This document shows positions 41,614-50,645 of a stretch of 64,000 bases of DNA, piece by piece (the first letter of the stretch is position 1; the number at the start of each line of letters is the position of its first letter). The stretch covers positions 64,544,001 through 64,608,000 of the forward strand of contig NC_087436.1 in the NCBI RefSeq assembly GCF_036321535.1, in the 5' to 3' direction. The position numbers and the translations under genes are program-made. Below the pieces are notes generated by a model. The model saw nothing but the letters and a program-made list of their open reading frames with translations. It was not told the DNA's origin and searched no databases. The stretch is from Camelus dromedarius (lineage: Eukaryota).

Positions 41614-41636
41614 TTAACAGCTGCGTTGAGCTTTCC

Positions 41637-41894
41637 TCAAGCTTCGGCCGTGTGTTGACTAGCCAGCTTCTGGATGTGGCTAGAGCAGGGCTTGTCGATC
41701 CTTTTCTGGTCCCTCTTGATCTTGATCTTGAGCGGGTCTCCCGGGACACACTCAATTTTCCAGGGACCCTCTGTCTGAGGTGAAGTCGCTCTCTTAACCC
41801 TGGAGTGGTGGATCCAAGGGATGACTCCTGCAACTTTAACAGCGGTAGGGGTGGTTAATACCACTAAATATGGTCCCTTACAGTGAATAATGGC
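41637..41894 (-). pseudogene. pol: ERV integrase C-terminal (GPY/F) fragment
   Basis: KGPYLVVLTTPTAVKVAGVIPWIHHSRVKRA...DPLKIKI, fused directly to the protease fragment. Confidence 0.92.
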
Positions 41895-42132
41895 ATGTGT
41901 CACTAGATGGCCCCCTACTCGACAGGATTGTGGTTGGCAGAAATGGCGGGCAGTTGAGTCCCCAGTAGCCCCTATAATAGTCGCCTTTTTCTTGGTCAGG
42001 GGGGCTACAGGTTTGGTCACCACAGACAGAATACTCTGCTCCTGGGTCTACCATAAAAGTCATTGGTTGGCCCCCTATAAACATTTTGACCTTGGGCTCC
42101 CGGGGGCCCAGGGGCAGGGACCGCGGTCTCTC
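41895..42132 (-). pseudogene. pro: ERV protease, N-terminal part
   Basis: In frame after the gag amber codon: EPKVKMFIGGQPMTFMVDPGAEYSV (active site DTG is DPG here). After a frameshift it reads VTKPVAPLTKKKATIIGATG...VGGHLVTH. Confidence 0.92.
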
Positions 42133-43896
42133 CTATTCTGAGTCGACTCCAGCCAGTCCGATGTGATTACTGGCTGGTGGCTCCAGCTGATAAGTAGGCC
42201 TTTTGAGGGGTGCTCTCTTTCCATCCTTTCTGTTTGGGCACTCGTTCTTCCAGTGTCCTGTCTCCCAGCAGTATGCGCACTGGTCTCGGCCCAGGGGCAT
42301 CCGTGGTTGGGGTCCCCTCTTCCGGGGTGGTGCAGGATTCTGGCTGAAGCTTGTTTTTCCCAGGGCTGCTGAAAGGAGTGCGGCTTTCTGCTTCATTCTC
42401 TGGTCTGCTTCTCGTTGGGCTTCCCGTTCTCGGTTTACAAAAACTTTGCTACTTCCAGCAGCTGTGTAGCGTTCATCCCTGCGAATCCATCCAGTTTTTG
42501 GAGTTTCTGGCGTATATCTGGGTGTGATTGGGCTACGAAGGCAGCGTTGACCATCCGCTGGTTTTCTTGGGCCTCAGAATCAAAAGGAGTGTAGACTTGG
42601 AATGCTTCACATAGTCTCTCATAGAAGTCAGTGGGGGTCTCGTCTGGCCTCTGGGTCACCATGGTCGTTTTAGACATGTTAGTTGGCTTCTTGGCTCCTG
42701 CTCTTAGCCCTTGTAGGATGGCTTCCTGGTACTCACACAGCACTTCTCTTCCTTCTTGGGTGTTAAAGTCCCAATCTGGTCTGGTGTCAGGGGCATGTGT
42801 CATGGCCCACCCCTCAACATCCATTGTGTCCCCAGGGGCTCGGCCCTGCAGCCATTTTCGTGCTTCAGTGAGAATGCATCTCCTCTCCTCTGTATTGAAA
42901 AGAGTCAAAAGCACCTGGAGGACATCCTCCCAGGTGGGCTGGTGAGAATGGAAGATAGACTCTACGAGGTAAATCATAGCCTGCGGCTTGACAGCCTGAT
43001 TACAGTCGTCACCACCAAGTAGAAATCATCGTGGGCTGGACAGAGACCAAATATTTGTATGACTTTGCAGCAGAGCCCAAGGCTGTCCCAGCATCGCTTC
43101 AGGACTGGGCAGGGGCCGGCGCTCCCCGACAGTTGCCATGGAGGCGGCGGCGGCTGAGGTGGAGGCGGTGCCGGGGCTGCGGGGGCTGCTGCTGCTGCTG
43201 TTGCTGGGCGGCTTTTCAGAGTAGGAAGGAGTATGATGGCACCAATTAAGAAGGGCTGTAGTGCTAAAGGATTGGTAGCAGAGTACGGGGTGCCCGGGCC
43301 GAACAGTCCCGTTTTCCCCAACTTGTTGCAGCCCTTGTGTCTCCTGCAGCGGCATTTGGAGGGCCGGTGGTGCTGGCTTCCCGGCTTGTGCTGAGCGGAG
43401 TCTCCTTCCTACCGGCTCAGGCTGGGGGCTGGGCTCTGCCTCTGGGTCCTCAGGCTGGGGAGGTGTTGGTGCCCCGGGGGCATACGGAGGGGGTAGACAT
43501 ATCTGTCTTCTGCATCTCCATGGAAAATAGGCTTTTTTCTCTCTGTCTTTTTGGCCTGGACTGGCTGGGCTGCTAATATCTTGCATTGTCCAGGTCCATT
43601 GGAGCAGAACCGAATCCATGGGGTAGAGTCTGGGCGATATTTAGCCAGGAGTCAATGTAAGGGAATTGATCTGGGTGGCCTGGGGTTCCAGTGATTATTT
43701 GATAGACTGCTCACACTGTTGCTAGGTCCAGAGTTCCTCCTGAGGGCCACTAGACTCCAAAGGCCGGCCATTCAAGCTCACACAAAGTGCGGAGCCTGCC
43801 AGGGGTCATTCAAATTCCACAGTCTCTTGAGAACCCCTTTTTGAAATTCTTAATCATGCAGTCTAGAGTGGTGGGTTTCGACTTAGAGCCTCCCAT
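42133..43896 (-). pseudogene. gag: ERV gag (MA-p12-CA-NC), disrupted
   Basis: MGGSKSKP myristoylation start, LCELEWPAFGV*WP matrix motif, PPPY late domain, CA HQPTWED, MHR QRPDETPTDFYERLCEAF, single CCHC knuckle [14 protein letters not shown] and an amber TAG at 42133-42135. It has 3 stops in MA, at least 3 frameshifts and a 225-nt host insert. Confidence 0.96.
42990..43207 (-). pseudogene. ATXN7: Captured fragment of host ataxin-7 mRNA inside gag
   Basis: Translates, in shifting frames, to AQQQQQQQPPQP / [33 protein letters not shown] / [23 protein letters not shown] / DCNQAVKPQA. This is colinear with the recalled ATXN7 N-terminus (polyQ...[30 protein letters not shown]...[35 protein letters not shown]). 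Confidence 0.95.
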
Positions 43897-43899
43897 TTT

Positions 43900-44380
43900 T
43901 TAGATGTTTGGGAAGGTAGCCTTTATATCTTTTCTTTCTTCACTCCTCAAAACACTGAGTTCCCAGAGAGACTGCTCTCTTGCTGGGTCTCTGAGTTGTT
44001 TGAAGGCTAATTTGGCCAGGGAGTCTGGGTTCCAGTCACAGCTGATGTCTCTGGAGCTCAAGGCCTCAAGCAGTTCCAGGGACTTTCTTCATTAAATCCT
44101 GTCTATATCCTGAACTAACATATCAGGGGCGTGGGACTGACGGCAGATGGTAAAACAAATGGACTAGTAAAGGGACCTCCAAGGCCGGGTGAGCCCGGTC
44201 CTGAAGGAATTCATCTTCTAAACTTGAGTCCTGGGGGTCTGGGGCTAGGCAAAAGGGGCACTACTTGGGTCTGTTCTGTAGGGAAACACTAAGTCTCGGG
44301 TGTTCTGTAACAGAATCAGGTAGGAGACTTTTCAAAGAAATAGCATCCTAGCCTCCGAGGGCACAGGGGCGTTGACTCAT
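43900..44380 (-). pseudogene. Decayed pre-gag ORF in the long leader
   Basis: ATG at 44380 gives MSQRPCALGG*DAISLKSLLPD...RPK*CPFCLAPDPQDSSLEDEFLQDRAHPALEVPLLVHLFYH. After a frameshift it reads DMLVQDIDRI**RKSLELLEALSSRDISCDWNPDSLAKLAFKQLRDPAREQSLWELSVLRSEERKDIKATFPNI*, ending one codon before the gag ATG. Confidence 0.5.
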
Positions 44381-45018
44381 TGGCTGTCTATGTCCTTTTC
44401 CCTCCCAGTGTGGCCACCCTGTGCCGGTGTCGCAGACAAGACAAGGGAGGGTTTTCGTTGCGTCCGCCTGGCCGCTCCCCTCGCGGGGACGAAGGTGCCT
44501 CTTAGCTTTGGCGGGTCAGTATAAGCTGCTGACTCCGATCGGGACCCTGAGGGACCGATACCGCCCTGAGCCGTATGAGGTCACCATGGAACCGCAGGTT
44601 GGGACTCACTCGAACTCCGTAGCAGAATGCCGTGGAGCTACAAACTCGAGCCTGATCGCACACTTCACAGGCCGCTCATTCACTCACACACACACACACA
44701 GAGGTTAACAACATTCTTCCCACCAATACCAATATCCTGTTTCCTGTAGGAGAGGATCAGCCTCCTCTTCTGTCCAATGGGACAGGACCTGATACCTCCC
44801 GGGGGTTCCTCCCTTGTCCGGATGGCCACCTGGTGAGTCTGTCCGTCCCTCCATGGAGTCTGGATCTGGTTGTAGCCCAGCCACCCGGGGGCCGAGTTGC
44901 TGTCATGAAAGAGAACCCGAAATACCGTCGGGCGGCGCCATCTCGTTCGCTGCCGGAATCCCGTCCCCCGGTCGGCCGGAGCCACCAGTCCGGCGGCTCA
45001 GGGGGCCGGCGTGGTTGT

Positions 45019-45036
45019 ATATCACTGGGGCCTCCA
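45019..45036 (-). promoter_or_regulatory. Primer binding site, tRNA-Thr-like
   Basis: Minus strand TGGAGGCCCCAGTGATAT, 4 nt after the 5' LTR. It matches 16/18 to the recalled complement of a tRNA-Thr 3' end (TGGAGGCCCCAGCGAGAT). Confidence 0.85.
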
Positions 45037-45040
45037 GAAA

Positions 45041-45492
45041 TGTTACGGAAACAACAGGCCAGTCAAGAAACAAGCACCACTCGGAGGGTTGGAGTACTCA
45101 GATGTATTACGCCGGCGGGCTCAGAGGGGCTTCTGCTCCGAAGCTCTGAGCACCTTCAAGATGTGCACATGAGGTTTTATAGGGTAAAGTACAAGCATGG
45201 GGTATTCGGCCAATAGGCATGGAACAGCTTTAGCAGCATTACCATCACAAAAGTGGAGGTGGGGAGACACCAAACCAACATTCCAAAGCCAGATATGTAT
45301 CTTTGAGAATCCAGCTGGCTAGCAAAAAACATAAACAGCAAACCAACACTAATTAACTTAGATTTACAAGTTAGTCCAGCAGAACTCAGATCGGTATTCC
45401 AATACTTAGACTTGTTAGCCCAGCCCAGCCTCTCCTTCACATTCCTAGACCTGTGAGTTATCTTGTTAGACCAGCTCAGCTTTTCCTTCACA
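45041..45492 (-). repeat. 5' LTR of the provirus
   Basis: Minus strand reads TGTGAAGG...CGTAACA and is followed by the PBS. TATAAAA at 45175-45181, CCAAT at 45210-45214 (plus strand), R hairpin at 45119-45151. Confidence 0.97.
45175..45181 (-). promoter_or_regulatory. LTR TATA box (second copy at 40514-40520)
   Basis: TATAAAA on the minus strand, about 25 nt upstream of the R-region hairpin. Confidence 0.8.
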
Positions 45493-47381
45493 CCATGAAT
45501 CCTTTCTCAATAGGTTTAAATGAAAGGGAAGCAATGCCACAACTCTTCAGTACCTTAAATACACTTGACGGTGGCACAGCTCACCCTTCTCACTGTAGTG
45601 TGTTCTTCATGGTCTCATCACTTGTGCAAGCTCTTACTCAAGAACATCTGCAATCTACTGACATCAGATTTGTCTGCTCTGGAGCTAGTCAGTCTGAACT
45701 TAGCGTATATGTTCTCTCCGTCAGGAGGAACTCAGATGCTATTGGTACTGGCCTAAAGCTACTTCACTCACTTCCTTCCTGTCCATAGTAAGGCTGGAAA
45801 GCACTTATATTTCAAAATGCCTCCAACCTTTCCAGTATGCCTTTTGAAACATCATAATTAAGGAACTCCCTGTACAGCCAGACTTCACTGAAGAGTCCTT
45901 CCACGTCATGGCATTAACTAAAATGCATGTCTCCCCCGAGCACACCCTCAAGCCCACTTGAGGGAAGATTATGTTCTTAGTCTGTCGTAATTCTGTTTTA
46001 GGGATTAAAGGTAGTGTCACATTGATCAACCATCCACGTGCTTGCTGAATAACAAAATTAAACAAGGCTAAAGAAGAACCTTCTGAAGCTCTTGGCATTC
46101 AAGTATATTCCCTGAGGGTCAACTATAGGCACAGTAGATATTATATACAGACTCTATAAAAATCATTTTGACTTTGTTGCAGCTTCTTTTCATTACAACA
46201 TAGAAAATTCTTGTGTACTTTGCCTTCAAATTCTATTTCCTAGATTTAAAAACATTGAGAAGGTAGTTTGATGTTAGCCAATATCTATTTTTTAACACAT
46301 ACACTAAAGAATATTTGCATTATAACTGGTTAGATTAAACCAAACAGAAACTTACTTCTAAATGTAAAATTTTTTGAGATAATCGTATCAACACCCAAAG
46401 GTAATTTAAAGAATTAAAAGGAGGAGGAAGACCATTATAAGGGGAAAGAGAGGCAGGAGGTGGAAAAGATAACTGTGTGGGAAGGTATTCAGCCAGGTGA
46501 ACTAGGAGTAGGAATTGAGAAAGGTAGTAAGGAATGAAGCCAGAGCAAATTTCACTTGGTTAGGTAGAGATCCATCTTAGGAGTCAGACTTATTTTGACT
46601 CCCTGCAGTACTTCTGAGAAGTTGCTTTTGGTAGTTACTAGCATTGCCCTTGCAATGATGCAGTACTTTTTTTTTCTTCCAAACCATTACCAAACAAATG
46701 AATTTAACTGAAGTTGATTTTAAAGAGGATCTAATGTAGTCTAAGATCAGATACTGTGTATAGACTTCAAAGTAGGACTGTAAAATCAACTTGAATTGTG
46801 CATTAATGGTATACAGAGTCTGTTCAGCAACACATTAGACTAGTAAGTTTGTCAAATGTTTACCATAAAATATGAGCAAAGAGTTTTATTTTGCTGTTTG
46901 AAGTTGTTCCACTGAGAAAGAGCAGTATCATTTTTTAAAGTTATTTGAATAACCCTTATCTTAAAGTTTTACCAAATAACTTTGGAATACTGGTAATGGA
47001 TTTTTGCCTTCATGATAAAGGTGAATTTATATACCTTTTCATCTTCATAGGAAATGTCACTTAATCAAAATGTTGCCATTGTGTGTTTTTGATGACAGTT
47101 ACTTGAACATATACCATATTCCAAAAAAGAAATAAAACTAAAATTATTTTATAAAACGGTACAGCAGAGAACCTTTTAAAATTATTTTCACATTCTAGAT
47201 GTCTTTCATAATACGCAGGTTGATATGAAATGTCAGTCTTTCATTAGGTCAGCATAATATATTACAGATTGATTTTTGTTGTTGTTAACAATTTTCTGAT
47301 TAAATATATAGGATCATAAGTGGTAATATACTTAATATAAATAAGTTATTATTTTGATGTGATAAATGCAATATTATTCTT

Positions 47382-48152
47382 TTTTTTGTCTATGTATTTT
47401 TATTGAAGTATAGTTAGTTTACAATGTTGTGTCAATTTCTGGTATATACTATAATGCTTCAGTCATACATGAACATACTTATATTAGTTTTCATATTCTT
47501 TTTCACCATAAATTACTACGAGATATGGAATATAGTTCCCTACTGCTATACAGTATGGACTTGTTATTTATCTATTTTATAGATATTAGTATCTTCAAAT
47601 CTCGAACTCCCAATTTATCCCTCCCACCCCCACTCCGTAACCATAAGTTTGTTTTCTATGTCTGTGAGTCTGTTTCTGTTTTGAAAATAAGTTCATTTGT
47701 CTTTTTTTTTTTTTTTTTTTAGATTACACATGTAAGTGATATCATATGATATTTTTCTTTCTCTTTCTGGCTTACTTCACTTAGAATGATGATCTCCAGG
47801 TCCATCCATATTGCTGCAAATGTCATTATTTTTGTCTGTTTTTATGGCTGAGTAGTATTCCATTGTATAAATATACTACAACTTCCTTATTCAGTCATCT
47901 GTTGATGGACATTTAGGTTGTTTCCATGTCTTGGCTATTGTAAATACTGCTGCTATGAACATTGGGGTGCATGTGTCTTTTTGACTTAAGTTTCCCTCTG
48001 GATATATGCCCAGGAGTGGGATTGCTGAATCATATGGTTAGTCTATTTTTAGTTTTTGAGGAATCTCCATACTGTTTCCATAATGGCTGCACCAAACTGA
48101 ATTCCCACCAGTAATGTAGGAGTGTTCCCTTTTCTCCAGATCCTCTCCAGCA
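47382..48152 (-). mobile_element. Young 5'-truncated L1
   Basis: Flanked by the perfect repeat TGATAAATGCAATATTATTCTT (47360-47381 and 48153-48174). L1 3' UTR/ORF2 sequence. Confidence 0.95.
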
Positions 48153-49357
48153 TGATAAATGCAATATTATTCTTGATAACATTGCTATATAAGGTTTTAT
48201 CTCAGTAAAATAAGAAATTTGAGACAAATATATAAGTCCCAATAAAATAAGAAATTTGAGACAAACTCAAAGAACATAAGATAGTCTGTATAGAACAATA
48301 CGAGCAGAAGGGTTTTTTTCCCTCTCTGTTGATTACTTAGCAAATTTACATAATTCAATCCAGAAATGCAAGCTATACCTTTTAGCATGTATTAGTATTT
48401 ATACTCCTTTCCAGTGCTATGCCAGTTACTCAATTTTTACATGGTTATAATAATTAGACACATATTGTTGGATCTTGTATGTTTTCTCTTTTTTGTCTTA
48501 GATCTTGTGTAAACTCTTAGATATATCTGTGTAGCTTATGTGTTTTTCACTTTTAGTAGCAATAATCTATGGCCATTTAAGCCATTCTCAAACTGTGTGT
48601 GTATGTCTCTTCATCTCCTCCCTAATATACAGCATGCTATACATCACTCTATATAAATATATGGATTTCTTTTGTAAAATTTCCTTGTGATATAGTCCCT
48701 TAAATGGAAATATGAAAAGAAAGGTTATAATTTTTTTCCATTAACAAACTAATAATAGGACTGCATTTTAAAATGCATACTACCTTTTCTATTACCAGTG
48801 CCATTATTACCCTATTGTCCTTTAACTCTACTATTTGTTATAACTTCCAAATTATTCTTTAAACCTCTTTCTTTTTTTCCTTTTATATTCTATATTCTAT
48901 AGCCAAGTTATTCTCCTGAAAACAGCACTTCATTCTCTGCTCATAAACCTCAACAGAAGTTTTAATTTCTAATTTAGTAGGCAATTACAGTCCTTAGCAA
49001 GTCATTCAAATTTTTGGAAAGTATCACTTCACCCTACTTTTGTAGCTTTGCAACCCAAATTTAAATGCCTTCCATTGGTACTGTTAGTCATCAGAGTACT
49101 GCCAATCATTCAAGAACCATTTGAAAGGTCTGTCTTTAACTTACCAAACAGATACCAAGTGCCTACTGTGTAGAAGGCATTGAGAGATTCAAAAATGAAA
49201 GAAAAACAAAACACAACATAATTTCTGTTCTTGTGTTACTCACTGCACTGATTTGAGATTTAAAATGACACAGTACTATAATTGTTGACAGCCTAAGTAG
49301 AAATTGGTTTGTTTTGAATGATGAGTAGGGGCACACTAGAGATAAGAAGTTAGGGGC

Positions 49358-50645
49358 AAGACAATTTAGTGGGAAGAGAATAGTCGTCTTTTCATCAAAT
49401 TGTGCTGGAACAGTTGGATATCTACATGCCAATGACTGGAGTTGGACTCATACCTTATACCATACATGGAAATTAACTCAAAATGGATCATAAACCTAAA
49501 TATAAGAGCTGAACTAAAAATTAGAAGAAAGCATAGGAAAATATCTTTACAACTTTGGATTAGATAATGGTTTCTTGGATATGACATGAAAAGCAGAAGC
49601 AACACAGAAACAAATAGATCATTCTTCATCAAAATGAAAACCAACTATACTTTGAAGGGCACTGTCAAGAAAGTGAGAAGACACCAACATAATTGGATAA
49701 ATTATTTGCAACTCATATCTGATAAGAGATGTTCAAAATATATAAAGAATTCTTACAGCTCAATAATAATAGTACAAATTCCCAATTAAAAATTAGACAA
49801 AGGATCTGAATAGACATTTCTCCAAGGAAGACATGCGAAAGTACAACGAATGCTTGCAAAGACCGTCAACATTATTAGCCATCAGGGAAATGCAAAACAA
49901 AACTACAGTTATATACAATTTCTGACTCCTAGACTGTAATGAAAGACAGATAACTAGAAGTGTTGGCAAGGATATGGAGAAATTGGAATGCTCACAGACT
50001 GCTGGTAGGATTGTAAAATCATGTGGCCACTTTGGAAAACAATCTGGTAATTTTTCAAATGGTTAAACATAGAGCCACCGTATGACTTGGCAGTTTCCCT
50101 TCTAGGTAATCTACCCAAGAAAACTCAAACATATGTTCACATTTTTAAAAAAGGTACACAAATGTTTATAGCATCATTTGTTTCTAATGGACAAAGAGTG
50201 GAAACAATCCAAATGTCCATCAACGAATGAATGGATAAATAAAATGTGATATACTCGTATGTAGAATATTATTTGGTGATAAAAAGGAGTCAAGTACTGA
50301 TTCATTCTGTGACATAGATAAACGTTGAAAACATTATGCTAAAGAAAATAGTCACAAAATCCACATATTGTATGATTCCATTTATATGAAACGTCTGAAA
50401 CAGGCAAACCTGTAGAGATAGAAAGTAAAGTAGTTGCTCCTAGAGCTAGAGAGTTGGGGAGAGAGGGGACCTACTTCTAATGGGTATTGGATTTCTTTTG
50501 GAGGTGATAAAATTATTCTAAAATAGATTGTGGTGATGGGACACACTTCTATGAATATACTAAAAACCATTGAATTGTGGACTCTGAATGGCTAAATTGT
50601 GTGATATGTGAAATGTATCTCAATAAAACTGTTACTTTTTAAAAG
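49358..50645 (+). mobile_element. Old L1M (L1MA/MB-like) ORF2 end plus 3' UTR
   Basis: Decayed ORF2 motifs (AATAGACATTTCTCCAA, CATCAGGGAAATGCAAA, CCAAATGTCCATCAAC), ending TATCTCAATAAAACTGTT. Confidence 0.85.

Larger units (their letters stand above)
40380..45492 (-). mobile_element. Class I (gamma-like, HERV-T/E/ERV3-related) endogenous provirus, internally deleted and non-autonomous
   Basis: Two 452-bp direct repeats with TG...CA ends. 4-bp TSD CCAT at 40376-40379 and 45493-45496. PBS, PPT and gag, pro, IN and env remnants lie in retroviral order on the minus strand. Confidence 0.97.

Noticed and set aside
42990..43207. Genuine ATXN7 exon or L1-type processed pseudogene
   Set aside because: It has frameshifting deletions, no splice sites and no poly(A) tail, and it sits inside gag with microhomology junctions.
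43026..43619. 197-aa ORF read as a functional Gag-ATXN7 fusion protein
   Set aside because: Its start is an out-of-frame ATG downstream of three MA stops and it ends inside the insert. Nothing indicates expression.
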